Assembly (NCBI GenBank): GCA_951406725.2
Contig: OX597828.1
Span: 68,634,001-68,698,000, forward strand
Length of the DNA: 64,000 bases
Origin: Octopus vulgaris
Taxonomy: Eukaryota
Reading direction: 5' to 3'
Made by a program: the position numbers and the translations under genes. Shown here piece after piece: positions 27,008 to 39,716 of this stretch. Below the pieces are notes generated by a model, which saw nothing but the letters and a program-made list of their open reading frames with translations, did no database searches and had not been told where the DNA came from. Position 1 is the stretch's first letter; every line of letters starts with the position of its first letter.

Positions 27008-27504
27008 TAACTTAAAATTGCATGATGGATTGCCGTCATTTCATTCTTTCTTTCTTACCTGTCTGTGTTTGCCTTTTAAGTGCTGTGTTTTTACTGAGAT
27101 CCCCCTTTTAGTAGAAGGAATAGCTATATCTCTTTGACTGCTATTTCTAAATTCGGTGTGTTGGTGAGGCAATTCGTTGCTAAACCCTTAATTACTTAGT
27201 ATTACTTAAATTTTCCTCGAATGGGGCTTTTACATACCGAAATCTACTTGGTGTAATTGATAATTATCCCTAATTAATTAATTTCACCCTTTTATTATTA
27301 CTGATAACCATATTTTATCCCAGTAAATTACCACAGCATTTTGTCTTGGCCGCACGCGGGTGGAAGGGGGCTGGTGACACAAACTTTCATTCAAACTTTG
27401 AATTTCGTGGTACTGGTCATGCTTTGGCTCGCTCTGACACTGAGTTGAGATGACGCATTCTAGTATCTCAAAATTTAATATACAATTATTCACAATTGTA
27501 GTAT

Positions 27505-27596
27505 CCTGCGCCGATGAGAGAAGAAGTCTGGGTAAAGTAGAATTTTCTAATTCTTATGATATCCTAAAACTTGATCTCGAAACGTACGTCCGTAGG
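27505..27596 (+). ncRNA. Type I hammerhead ribozyme, unit 4 (predicted cleavage after C27590)
   Basis: Identical to unit 1, offset +1767. Confidence 0.85.
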
Positions 27597-27783
27597 TAAC
27601 TTAAAATTGCATGATGGATTGCCGTCATTTCATTCTTTCTTTCTTACCTGTCTGTGTTTGCCTTTTAAGTGCTGTGTTTTTACTGAGATCCCCCTTTTAG
27701 TAGAAGGAATAGCTATATCTCTTTGACTGCTATTTCTAAATTCGGTGTGTTGGTGAGGCAATTCGTTGCTAAACCCTTAATTA

Positions 27784-27841
<58 letters not shown>

Positions 27842-27937
27842 CATATATATATGTATATATTTATGTTTGTATATATATGTATATATGTTTGTATATATAT
27901 GTATATATGTATGTATATATATATGTATATATGTATG

Positions 27938-27972
<35 letters not shown>

Positions 27973-27999
27973 GTATGTATATATGCATCTATGTGTATG

Positions 28000-28040
<41 letters not shown>

Positions 28041-28176
28041 GATGTAAATACATAAATATATATATATGTATATGTATATATGTATGTGTATATATGTATA
28101 TATATGTATATGTATATATATGTATATATATAGATATATGTATACATATGTATATGTTAGCGTGAAAAACTATATG

Positions 28177-28310
28177 ATAGAATAAGTACTAGGCTTACAA
28201 AGAATAAGTCCTGGGGGGTCGATTTTCTCGACTAAAGTCGGTGTTCCAGCATGGCTGCTGTCAAATGACTGAAAAAATAAAAGAATAAAAGAATAAAAGA
28301 GTAAAAGAAT
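28177..28310 (+). mobile_element. 3' end of SINE family A
   Basis: GATAGAATAAGTACTAGGCTTACAAAGAATAAGTCC...CCAGCATGGCTGC...AAATGACTGAAA plus (AAAGAAT)n tail. Confidence 0.75.
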
Positions 28311-28954
28311 ACCGTAAAGTAAATTAAATTACATTAAATTAATGGTTACTCAAAATTCACTCTCAGTGCATTGTGCAAAATTACATTTATATGCATGTAG
28401 GTATCTCCATAGTTGTTCAGAAATACTATTAAGTATCTTCTCTTTAGTCCACAGAATAGACAAGGGATTCGTCGGAGCAGAGACAGCATCTCCTGGATAT
28501 TATATTGTATGGTTTTGCATACCTTACTGTCGACCAATTAATGTTGTACTTCGTTTTACCCCACTTCAGTCGCCATTTAAAATCTGTCAAAGATGTTGAA
28601 TATCTCTTATTGATTGACTTAAAGCTGTCAACATGGTTACGATAACGATTCGTAATGAATCAGTCGTCTGCCCAATGTAAACATAGGGACCTCACCTTGT
28701 GTGCGCAGTACATTTATATACAAGATTTGTACTCATACAGAGATTCATCAAAGGACATTTTGATTTATCTCTGCATGAGATAAATTTATCGTATTTATTT
28801 GTATATAAGGTAGACCCGACACCATTTATCGGCGTTGTTCTCGTGATAGCTGTACCATGAGTATTTGTACTACTACAAATTGGTCGATTAATTTACTAAG
28901 CCCAGTATTGTTACGTTTATTGATACGTTTTCTTAGCAGTAATCCTTAGACTAG

Positions 28955-29730
28955 AAACTCTATCAATGTAAAATTACTCCCGGTTCTGACATCTTTTTAT
29001 ATAGGTAGTTCTTCGTCTCATTTATCCAAAAAAATATCTAATCATTACTCTACATTGAGGCATATCAATAAACGTAACAATACTGGGCTTAGTAAATTAA
29101 TCTGGTATCTAAAAGATTATAATAGACAATTTAATTTGGAATGGAATATTCTCTCCATTTCATCACCTTATGACAAAGGTAAATCTTTTTGCTCCCTTTG
29201 TAATAGTGAAATATTTTTAATCCTATTCTTAAAGAATCCCCTTGTAAACACGTTTATCGTTGCAAACATTGGCAGAAATATACCTTTAGCTCATATAAGT
29301 GATTCTACCATTCTATAAAATTTGATCTTTGACTGTCTTCGACAATTTGCACTTTCACTAAATATATCTACTTCCATGCTTTTAAGCTTTACTCCAATTC
29401 ACCAATCGCTCTGCACCTCTCCACTACTAGTTTTCTGCTAATTTCTTTGTTTCTCCTCCGCCTCTTTCCAAATACTAACTTTGACGTTATATCAACTAAC
29501 GGTTTTTAAAAAAAAACAACTTAATAGCGTTCCCTTGATCACATGCGCAGTCATCACATTCTATTAAAATGTCTTATCGCTGCGTTTGGTTTCTTTCTTT
29601 CGCTGATGAGAAGACTGCATTGTTTTACACGATTTTACTCTTTCTGGAATAATACCAATGTTGTCTTCGAAGAAGTAAAAGAATATGAATAACACCTGCG
29701 TTTAACTCCATTTATCTTTTTATCTCTCTT
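28955..29730 (+). mobile_element. Penelope-like element 3' remnant (GIY-YIG endonuclease plus 3' region)
   Basis: YQCKIT / YIGSSSSHLSKKISNHYSTLRH...TGLSKLIWYLKD...EWNIL...PY...CSLCNSE...LVN / RCKH: Penelope GIY-YIG pattern with CxxC; decayed hammerhead at 29595-29683. Confidence 0.8.
29595..29683 (+). ncRNA. Degenerate hammerhead motif downstream of the GIY-YIG remnant
   Basis: CUGAUGA-GAAGAC-ug-CAUUG...CAAUG-uu-GUCUUC-GAAG: long stem II is intact, but GAAA and stem III are damaged. Confidence 0.45.
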
Positions 29731-29739
29731 TATATATAT

Positions 29740-29841
<102 letters not shown>

Positions 29842-29868
29842 GTACACATATATATATAAACACATATA

Positions 29869-29906
<38 letters not shown>

Positions 29907-30142
29907 TATATATATGTTTATATATATATATATATACTTATATATATATGTACATATATATGCATGTATATATATATATATGTATAGCTATATATATATG
30001 TATATATATATATATGTACTTTATTTAAAAGCAGCAGAAATTCAACAAAACCTGTTATATATGAATGCATATATATATATGAATATATGTATGTATATAT
30101 GTATATATATATATATTTGTATCTATATATATAAATATATAC

Positions 30143-30185
<43 letters not shown>

Positions 30186-30525
30186 CATATATTTATGTTT
30201 AATGCTTAGCAGACGAAATACTGCTAAGCATTTCGCCCGGAGCGCTAACGTTTCTAACAACTAGCCGCTAATACCACCACCACCACCACCAGGTGGCTGC
30301 TGTGAAGATTTAGGGGTGCTGGTATGGTATGTAATTTTCACAGCTACCCATCCCCCAACTACGACAGTAACAACCATCATAAAACCCATCAACATCCCAC
30401 CAATTAACACAACCACAGGAACCACTAAACCCAGCACCACCACACCAATCAGTGATGTAGTCTTAGTTGTTGTAGTGGTGATGTTGTACACAATAGCATC
30501 ACCCTCATCCCCAAACGATTACCAC

Positions 30526-30682
30526 AGCGCAGGCGTAGCTGTGTGGTAAGAAGTTTCCTTTCAAGCGACATGCTTTTGGGTTCAGTCCCACAGTCGTGGC
30601 ACCTTGGACAAATGTCATCCACTGTAGCCTTGGGCCTACCAAAGCCGTGTGAGCGGATTTAGTAGACGGAAACTGAAAGAAG

Positions 30683-30684
<2 letters not shown>
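30526..30684 (+). mobile_element. 5' half of SINE family A
   Basis: GCGCAGGCGTAGCTGTGTGGTAAGAAG...GGTTCAGTCCCAC...GGCACCTTGGACAA...ACTGAAAGAAGCC. Confidence 0.8.
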
Positions 30685-30756
<72 letters not shown>

Positions 30757-30761
30757 ATATA

Positions 30762-31475
30762 CTGGTTGTGATGGGTAAACTATCGCCATTTTATACTTTT
30801 CAATTTCGCGAATGCAATTTGTTTTTGATTTTGTCGATTATACAGTATAGTAAGGTCAGTTGGGCATCGTCTGTGAGAAAAACAGCACCATGACGCAATT
30901 CACTCTGCCAGAAATTTGGAAACGACATACTGTACTGCTTGGCATTCGCGCCAGGAGCTCAAATACGAATATTTCAGAACGTTTCGATGTCAATCTGACG
31001 GTGCATGTACTGAGTGTGATAAAAATCAAACATCCAGTCAACATCATGGTGTTTGGAGTGATTACCAGTGATGGCGATGTTATGCTGCCATTCTTCTTCC
31101 CACACGGCCTTACACTCAATACGGAGGCCAACATCAAGTGCCTGGACGAGGTAGTGCTGCCCTAGGTCAAGAGGGTGGCTGCTGGAAGACCCTATGTCTG
31201 GCAACAGGGGAGCACCATGCAACACAAGCAGGAGAACCCAGACATGGCTGTCAGACAATTTCTGTGACCACACCATCCCTAACATCTGGCCACCTAACTC
31301 CCCAGACTGCAACCACCTTGATTATTATGTGTGGAGCGCAGTTGAGCGAGAGACCAACATTACTCCTTGTAACACCAAAGATAAACTGAAGGCAACCATT
31401 ATGGCAGTATTCATCAACTTAAACGAGGAGATAGTCCAGAATAGTCGCAGGAGATTCCGAAGTCGTCTGGAGGCT
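30762..31475 (+). mobile_element. Internally deleted DD37D (maT-like) Tc1/mariner transposon, 3'-truncated
   Basis: KIKHPVNIMVFGVITSDGDVMLPFFF...YVWQQ / APCNTSRRTQTWL...WPPNSPDCNHLDYYVWSAVE; ~37 residues between the inferred second and third Asp (frameshift at the QQD position); degenerate left TIR. Confidence 0.88.
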
Positions 31476-31704
31476 CGGCAAAAGAATTCGATACAATAAG
31501 TACTAGCCTTTAAAAAAAGAATATGTACTAGAGTCGATTCGCTCGAGTAAAATGCTTCATGGCCACAGAATAATGACTGAACCAAGTGAAAGATAAAAGA
31601 TAGCCACCAGATGGTGGTAGTACAGTTGTAGTGGTAGTGGTATAGGATAGTTTTTGTTGTTGTTGTTGTTGTTGTTTGTTTGTTTGTTGAGTGAAGCGGT
31701 CTTC

Positions 31705-32041
31705 GTCTTAAAAGTCCGAAACGTGGTCCTTTGCTATTCGTAAGACCCGCAGAAGAGAAAGCACGTCAACCCCCTGACACCGAGAGCATCGACAGATGGA
31801 TGAATGCGCATCCAGGGTCAGCGGTTGCGTAGGAGGTCGGGGACAAGAAACAGGAAGAAAGAGTGAGAGAAAGTTGAGGCGAAAGAGTACAACAGGGGTC
31901 GCCACCCCGCCCTGCCGGAGCCTCGTGGAGCTTTAGGTGTTTTCGCTCAATAAACACACACAGCACCCAGTCTGGGAATAGAAACCGCGATCCTCCGACC
32001 GCGAATCCGCTGTTCTATCCATTGGGCCATTGCGTCTCCAC
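31705..32041 (-). mobile_element. tRNA-derived SINE family C, tail type 3
   Basis: Same head and central domain as 7639-7941; different tail (CCTACGCAACCGCTGA...CTGCGGGTCTTACGAATAGCAAAGGACCACGTTTCGGACTT). Confidence 0.85.
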
Positions 32042-33304
32042 TGTTGTTGTTGTTTAACCCCAGGTCAGTTGTCCCTCTGCAGTGATTGGAGGGCTATTTC
32101 TCTGCTATTTTCGCTCGAATACCTTTCGCTTTTAAGAGATTTGGCTGATATTTCTAAATTCCAATTTCTGACATGTCAAGATAGGCTGCATTAGTGCGGC
32201 TGCATATCATCGGTTGGTTTTTAAAGCTTCGTAACTTGTTAATTATTAATTTCTTTAGAGAGTGGTTGTGGTGTTCGTAATTGGCATGAAAAACTATATC
32301 CGTGGAAAAAAAATTTCAATATTCTCATCTGCTAGATGCCAGTTTAGACTACCCGCCATTGTGGGAAGTTATAAGCACATGAAGCAACCGGGTATTTACT
32401 CCCGCTGAAAATGCCAGGCTTGCAGATTGGCGAGAGTACTTTTTGATACCGTCGGTATCTATACTCCGTTGTGCTTTGGCTAGAGGGTTGTTGAACCCAA
32501 CACTCGGTAAACCCACCCATTTTGCGGACATTGCTTTTGTCCTGTTGATTTTGCCATTGATACCAAGATTCGTCAGATGGAAGACAATTTATTTAACCAC
32601 ATAGCGACATAAGTCTGCGACAACTTAAAGTGAAAAGATCTGTTAAATAGCTATTAAATAGATAACTAGACAATTGTCCGAAGTCAAAGGATTAGGATGT
32701 TAAAGATGTATGGTTGTGGTGGTGGGGGGACCTAAACTTATGATCTTAGTGTGTTTCAGCACTGGGAGAGAGATACAAGTAGGAATAGTGAAAGATGTAC
32801 ACATAGATACACACACACACACGTGTATCTACTCAGGGGACGTAGACACACCCCACACAAACACAGAGACCCCTCCAGAGACCCACAAATACACAGACCT
32901 ACACAGACAAAGACCCACAAACACACAGACCCTCCCACTGACATGCGTACACACAGACACACAGACACCCACACCAAATCATAAATACTTGCACACACAC
33001 TCACATACGCACATACGCAGGCACACACACATAGTTTCACAAAACATATATCTATATGCATATATACCCGCATACACTCAAATATATATACATATAAATC
33101 CACGCGCACACAGACACCCACGCGACTGTATAAGTATATCAGTACATCTATACAGACACGTATATACATACATAATACATACAAGCATACATATACACAC
33201 ACGCATGCATGTATATGTACATAATACATGCACACATATATGCATGCGGTGCATACACTGATGCATATATACATACATGTGTACATACACACCCACAGAT
33301 ACCT

Positions 33305-33536
33305 ATTTCTTTATTACCCACAAGGGGCTACACATAGAGGGGACAAACAAGGACAGACATAGGTATTAGGTCGATTACATCGACCCCAGTGCGTAACTGG
33401 TACTTATTTAATCGACCTCGAAAGGATAAAAGGCAAAGTCGATCTCGGCGGAATTTGAACTCACAATGTAACGGCAGACGAAATACCGCTAAGCATTTCG
33501 CCCGGTCTGCTAACGTTTCTGCCAGGTCGCCGCCTT
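33305..33536 (-). mobile_element. Full-length SINE family B with 16-bp TSD
   Basis: ACACCCACAGATACCT at 33289-33304 and 33537-33552; B-box-like GAGTTCAAATTCC on the minus strand. Confidence 0.92.
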
Positions 33537-33568
33537 ACACCCACAGATACCTGTGTATATTTCAACAC

Positions 33569-33647
<79 letters not shown>

Positions 33648-33948
33648 CACATGCATACACCGACGCATATATAGTAGGTGCAGTGAATATATCAACTTAT
33701 ATACCTGGATATGTACCCGTATAAACATTAGAGGTTATCTAATTAAAGATTGGTTTGGGTTATTCCAAACTATATATAATTATACTGGTAAGGTTAAAAT
33801 GAAAATAAACAAGTACGGGCGATACACATACGTCTCTATCCATAAACACCTACGCAGACAAACCCACTCATTTATCCAAGTACAAGCACGTATACAAATA
33901 TACACAAACATATATATACACACACATACACACACATATACTTTATAT

Positions 33949-34108
33949 AGGAGTGCCTGTGTGGTAAGTAGCTTGTTTACGAACCACATGGTTCCGGGTT
34001 CAGTCCCACTGTGTGGCACCTTGGGCAAGTGTCTTCTACTATAGCCTCGGGCCGACCAAAGCCTTGTGAGTGGATTTGGTAGACGGAAACTGAAAGAAGC
34101 CCGTTGTA

Positions 34109-34141
<33 letters not shown>

Positions 34142-34360
34142 GCGTGTGTGTGGTTGTGTGTCTGTGTTTGTCCCCCTAGCATTGCTTGACAGCCGATGCT
34201 GGTGTGTCCCCGTTACTTAGCGTTTCGGCAAAAGAGACCGATAGAATAAGTACTGGGCTTACAAAAGAATAAGTCCCGGGGTCGAGTTGCTCAGCTATAA
34301 AGACAGTGCTCCAGCATGGCCGCAGTCAAATGACTGAAACAAGTAAAAGAGTAAAAGAGT
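33949..34360 (+). mobile_element. Full-length tRNA-derived SINE family A with internal (TA)n(TG)n
   Basis: A/B-box-like head (GTGTGGTAAG...GGTTCAGTCCC), CORE-like TGTGGCACCTTGGGCAAGT, (AAAAGAGT)n tail; many copies in the window. Confidence 0.9.
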
Positions 34361-34569
34361 ATATACACACATACACATACACCCATAGGTATACATACGC
34401 CCATAGGTGTACATACACAAACACGCAAACCCATACACTAATGTATATGTATACGTAGACACAAATATAGATACCTATGTGTACATGTTCACGCAAGTAT
34501 TCACACACGTACACACATAGATACACACACACACAGATACACACACACAAATACACACACACACAAATC

Positions 34570-34956
34570 GTTACTATTATGCAAAAGTGTCGTAAGTCCA
34601 AAATGTTGCTTTTTCAGAAAACGAAAGAATAGTTTCCCCATTCCATTTCTTTTTAAATTAGCAACAGTTCCAGCTAAACAATGATACTTTGTTTCGTGCA
34701 TAAGATCGTAACTCCATGCATAGATGATATTTTCAGTCAGAAATATTTTTGCAAAACTGTCGTATGTGGGACTTACTACACCTTTGAAAAATGCTAAACC
34801 GTTCTACAATTTTCATATCTTGGCATTTAAAGCAGCTGGAGATACGATAGTTTGACCAAAAGAACCCGCTATTGCAAGCAAAATTTAATATTGAAAAAAA
34901 AAAAACCCCGTATTAATCCAAATTTGGACATACGACAATTTTTCGCAATAGCAAAG
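34570..34956. mobile_element. MITE with ~33-bp imperfect TIRs
   Basis: GTTACTATTATGCAAAAGTGTCGTAAGTCCAAA ... TTTGGACATACGACAATTTTTCGCAATAGCAAAG; related copy in opposite orientation at 45473-45712. Confidence 0.7.
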
Positions 34957-34970
34957 TTATGTATATATAA

Positions 34971-35130
34971 AGGGAGAGTTTACGAAAAAAGCAAAAAACG
35001 AAGACAGGCGGTGTACAAAACAAACAGATGTATTAGTATGACGCTCAGGAATAGAAGAAATTTTTTACGATTCGAGTCTACGCTCTTCTACAGAAAGGGA
35101 CACAGAAAAAACAAGGAGAGAAACAAGGAA
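34971..35130 (-). mobile_element. Family H short repeat (variant hammerhead-like motif, degenerate)
   Basis: GGGAGAGTTTACGAAAAAA...CGAAGACAGG...ACGATTCGAGTCTACGCTCTTCTACAGAAAG. Confidence 0.75.
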
Positions 35131-35192
35131 ATATATATATATATATATATATATAGAGTCACATATGTATATTCTCACATATAACTAAATCT

Positions 35193-35267
35193 ATGTAAAA
35201 CATGCCTACCAATGTAAAACATGCCTACCCATGTAAAACATGCCTACCCATGTAAAACATGCCTACC
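35193..35267. repeat. 19-bp minisatellite, 4 copies
   Basis: ATGTAAAACATGCCTACC(A/C) repeated. Confidence 0.9.
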
Positions 35268-35336
35268 TACAAACACATACAAAATATGTGTGTGCGCATG
35301 TGTACGTAAATATATGTATGTGTACACATACAAACT

Positions 35337-35368
<32 letters not shown>

Positions 35369-35371
35369 CAC

Positions 35372-36641
35372 ACAGAGGGTGCCCAGGCTTAATTTGACAA
35401 TTTTTTATGCGTCCGTTTATTTTTAGTTACAGCTTCATTTATTGGCGAACAGTCGACGGCATTGGGAACATAGCGATTAAAGTTGAAGTTGAGAAAAGCT
35501 TAGCTGATTGGAAGGACCGAAAGCCATTTGAATATTGGTAAAGGGTTACAGGCATTAGAATGCCAATACCATAACTGCTGCTCAAAGCTCTGTGAACTCT
35601 GTGAAGGTTGTAAGATGCAACGGAAATTACGAAGCATTGACCAGTAGGTAGGGACACAGCACCCGTTCTGACTGCCTCTGCACGCCCTGCATCTTGGAAC
35701 AGGGCCTGAAGGTAAATTTGAATGACCCTATGAAGCTGATGGAGACTGTGGTCAATCCCTGACTGGAGAGGGTTTCTGCTGGAATGCCATAAATGTGGCT
35801 GCAGGATTCGGATTCTTGCCATACCTGTGGAGGCATCCTCAAAGTTCATCCCCTCCTCACCGTGGCGGGGACGCTGGCAACGGGTAGTGTCAGAGCTATG
35901 CCGTCGGGAACTTCGGTTCCTGGTAGAGCCACCCAAGGCTGATTGGTCTGACACCGAGTGGTATTAGGGCCACAACCCGGCAGACGGGGCTCTGATGAAA
36001 ATCATCGGAGTGTCTGTTTCGCCAACCAACTCTCCTCGGTCGTTCTGTCCCTGCGTCTGCGGACAATCTGTGGCAAACAGGATGCCTCTACATGCGGGAT
36101 TGTTGGGGACCGCTTGTGAAATTCATATTCCCACGAAACTTCTTCCAACTTCTTCGAGATGCCTCGAGGGCGGTAGAAGAAGCCGACTCAACCCGCCCAG
36201 GGTGAATGTCACCACAAGTACAAGTAAGTACATACCTGTGGAGAGAAGTGGTTATCGGAGAATTTCTACAATTTCGCCAGTCCCGTTTTCTGGTCCCTTA
36301 AATCCCACCAGTTGTAACCCCATGTTTTACTATGTGTGGGGCATGGCTGAGGAAGACACCAACAGTCCTGCGTGCAAATCCAAGTCTGAGCTGGTGGCGA
36401 TGATCAAGGAAGTTTTTTGAAGATTTTTCGCAGGGACACAGTGAAGAATAAATGAGTCAGGTTCCGGTGCCGTTTTGAGGTCCCAGTGGAAGCTGGGTGT
36501 GGCTCCTTTAAGTAAACTGTTATCTCCCAGCCATAACCTAGTTGATACTTTTTCATATTTTAAAATACTTTTATTTTTGTAATGACATTTGTTTTTTCTT
36601 CTCCTTTTATGCAAACTGTCAAATTTAGCCCGGCCACTCCC
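35372..36641 (+). mobile_element. Decayed maT-like Tc1/mariner element with TIRs, carrying an internal GC-richer insert (~35560-36240)
   Basis: Termini GGGTGCCCAGGCTTAATTTGACAATTT and AAACTGTCAAATTTAGCCCGGCCACTCCC are inverted; C-terminus CNPMFYYVWGMAEEDTNSPACKSKSELVAMIKEVF parallels the 31194 ORF. Confidence 0.65.
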
Positions 36642-36734
36642 CCTCCCCCACTCTCCCTATATGTGTGCGTGTGTGTGTGTGAGTGTGTGTGTGTGTGTAT
36701 GTGAGTGTGTGTATGTGAGTGTATACACACACAT

Positions 36735-36968
36735 TCTTTTATTCTTTTATTCTTTTACTTGTTTCAGTCATTTGTCTGCGGTCATGCTGGAGCACCGCCT
36801 TTAGTCGAGCTAATCGACCCCTGGACTTATTCTTTGTAAGCCTAGTACTTATCTATCTATCGGTCTATTTTGCCGAACCGCTAAGTTACGGGGACGTAAA
36901 CACATCAGCATCGGTTGTCAAGCGATGTTGGGGGGACAAGCATAGACACACAAATAAAGAGACTTGCC

Positions 36969-37034
<66 letters not shown>

Positions 37035-37050
37035 TACGACGGGCTTTATT
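36735..37050 (-). mobile_element. 3' portion of SINE family A
   Basis: CTTTTACTTGTTTCAGTCATTTG...CATGCTGGAGCACCGCC...TTGCCGAACCGCTAAGTTACGGGGACG. Confidence 0.8.
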
Positions 37051-37486
37051 CGTCTAAATCACTCAATATGTACGTATATGTTATATTGTTGGTAGTTATG
37101 AACGAATGTATTAGTTGTTGCTGTTGGCGCTCTTTGATCCAGGTTCAATTCCGGTCAAAGTCACGTCATTCGTGCCCTACCTCTTTTTTATGTTCAACCA
37201 AATTTAAAACCAAATTATACAAAACCTTTCAAGAGATTAGGGCCTGATTTAAAGGAGACACGACTGCTATTTCTAGCATGTCGAGTGACTACGTAAGGGT
37301 ATCCTTATTGGCTCCTAGTAAAGGTGAGGTTGGTTGTGTTGATGGTGGCAGTGGGTCCACAGTGGTGATGATTGTATAGTGATGGTAGTGGTGATGGTGA
37401 TGGTATGGCTGTTATGATGTGTGGTGATGGCGGCGGTAAGGTTGTGGTGAGTTCACTGTTCTTGTGTGTGTGTGTGTGTGTGCGTG

Positions 37487-37556
<70 letters not shown>

Positions 37557-37799
37557 TGTATCAAAGAAACATGAAAAGAAAAGGGCTAATGGTGTGTGTG
37601 TGTGTGTGTGTGTGTAGTGGTGGGGTAGTTTGCAGAAAACCCTCTCGAACGTCAAAGTGATAAAATAAGGTTAAAGAATAAAAGAGAAAGTGAAGAAATA
37701 AACTGTTGAAAAGAGAGAAGAAGAATGAGAGAGAATGAGAGAAAGAGTGGGAGATAGTGATGGTTATTTTTCGTGAGAGAGAGAGAGAGAGAGACAGAC

Positions 37800-37855
<56 letters not shown>

Positions 37856-38510
37856 TGTGTGTGTGCGCGTGTGTGCGCGCGTGCTGTGGATGTGTTTTAC
37901 AAAATATTGAAGTTTTTCAAGTTGAACGAATCTTTACCGAAAGATTCGATTCCATAGTGATTGTCTTCTTCGCAGGGGAAGATTTGATTGTAACTATCAG
38001 GCGGATACATTGCCAACACCTACTTCCATATATTTACACAGAACGCACGCTTCATAACGCAGGCACAGTTGTCAACCACACGCAAATCTCTCTCCTCCCT
38101 CTCCCTCTCTCTCTCTCATTTTTTTTCTACGATTTTGTCTTTCTGTCTGCCTACGTCTCTATCTTTCTCTACAATTCTTACCTGTTTACGTATTTTTCTC
38201 CGTCTTTCTATCCACTATAGGAAAACACACACAAAAAAAAAAGGCTTGTTTTGCTTTCTAACTTTCTAAACCTACCTTCTCTTCAATCCTTCATTTATCA
38301 TTCACCCACCCACGGGAGATCTGTCCACCCATCTGTTCCTCCTGTCATCTGAGTAACCATCAATCTATCTATCTATGGTTGTTACATGAGATCGGTGTAA
38401 CGAAATGTTTTGCTTTTATTTTCCCTCGTATATTTAAATTCCTTGAAATTACTAAAAAAATATCTTTAAATAGAAAAAAGACAACTTTTAATTTCAATAT
38501 TTGGGCAATT

Positions 38511-38555
<45 letters not shown>

Positions 38556-39009
38556 ACAAATACACGCACACACACACATACACACGTATTATGTGAATGT
38601 GTGTGTGTATGTACTTCGTTCAAACAAAAAAAAACACACCCATAACTTTGGAAAATCAAAAAACAAAGCTAAAAGTACTGTCACAAGACAGATACTGCAA
38701 TAATTGACAACTACTACAAACTTGTCTGATGTAATATCCAGAATTATTTAAAGTCTAAGACCGTTGTATTGGAATTTAATTCACAAAATCTTTCTGTTAA
38801 CCATTTCCTTCGTGTTCTTCATAAAGTGATTATTAATCGTGATACTACATATATTTGGTAGCTGTCCCTAAATATTAACAAAAAAGAAGAAAAAAACTGG
38901 GGGGTTAAGTATTTTTAAAAGAATGTACTTGAAAAAATAAAAGGAACCAAACTTTTTTCATGTCCTAATTAACCAGTTGTACTAATTAACCAGAAAATAC
39001 ACACACGCG

Positions 39010-39310
39010 CGCGCGTGTATATAAAAACTATTGAGAAAGATATTGTATAGGCGATATGTACGTCATTAAGGAGGAGAGAAGAATAATTATAATTATATAA
39101 CTGAAAGCGAATTACCCATATCAAATAGATTCTCTAGCGTAGCCGTATATCTTCGCGTTACGCCCCAAACAATTTTGACCAGGCGTTAAGAAGGAACTGG
39201 TGGGTGTTTGAATGGTGGATGTGGGAGTGAGAGTACGTCAGGCGTGTTACCGATCCACTTGGACACAGCTGTTACCTGCCTCTATACATACAAGTCGAGC
39301 TAAGCAAAAG
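39010..39310 (+). promoter_or_regulatory. Candidate Pol II promoter of the signal-peptide gene
   Basis: Non-repetitive, CpG-richer tract; TATATAAA 39018-39025; CRE-like TACGTCA at 39059 and 39234; E-boxes CACTTG 39256 and CAGCTG 39266; TATA-like TATACATA 39283. Confidence 0.4.
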
Positions 39311-39387
39311 CAGCCGAGCCAACTCCAAACTACAAAGGCTATTTCTGTCCTTCAGAAAGAATAACGCCAAGTTTGTAGATAGCGCGT

Positions 39388-39439
<52 letters not shown>

Positions 39440-39646
39440 CTATGACATTTATGTAAATACATACATGTAAATATATAATATATACATATCTACATCTATA
39501 TACATATTTACTTATCTATCTATCTTTCTATATATATATATATATTTAGATACATACATATATGTATATGTATATCTATACATACTGCTGACTAACGCAA
39601 AAGCACTTGGCGAACTAAACCTCCACAACAAACAAAAACATAAACA

Positions 39647-39716
39647 ATGAAGGCTGCAAATAGTTCGATACTTGGTTTCCTGATCGTCCTCATTGCATTG
39701 ACAATGTTATCCCAAG
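39647..39716 (+). CDS. Putative first coding exon of a secreted protein or peptide precursor (signal peptide MKAANSSILGFLIVLIALTMLSQ, phase-1 intron)
   Basis: A-rich start context AAACA-ATG; n-region Lys, hydrophobic h-region, polar c-region; donor CAAG|GTAGGT exactly at the end of the signal peptide; no downstream exon identified. Confidence 0.6.

Larger units (their letters stand above)
25322..27786 (+). repeat. Tandem array of 589-bp units (~4.2 copies), hammerhead-bearing retrozyme-like element
   Basis: TTTTACTGAGATCCCCC recurs at 25322, 25911, 26500, 27089 and 27678; units appear identical; flanked on both sides by (TA)n. Confidence 0.95.

Noticed and set aside
25517-27493. Four identical 69-aa minus-strand ORFs (MNNCILNF...)
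   Set aside because: A by-product of the 589-bp repeat; non-ATG start and no recognisable domain
25322-27786. Regular repeat resembling a CRISPR array or a multicopy RNA-gene cluster
   Set aside because: Whole units are identical with no unique spacers, the context is eukaryotic, and no 5S, tRNA or snRNA sequence was recognised in the unit
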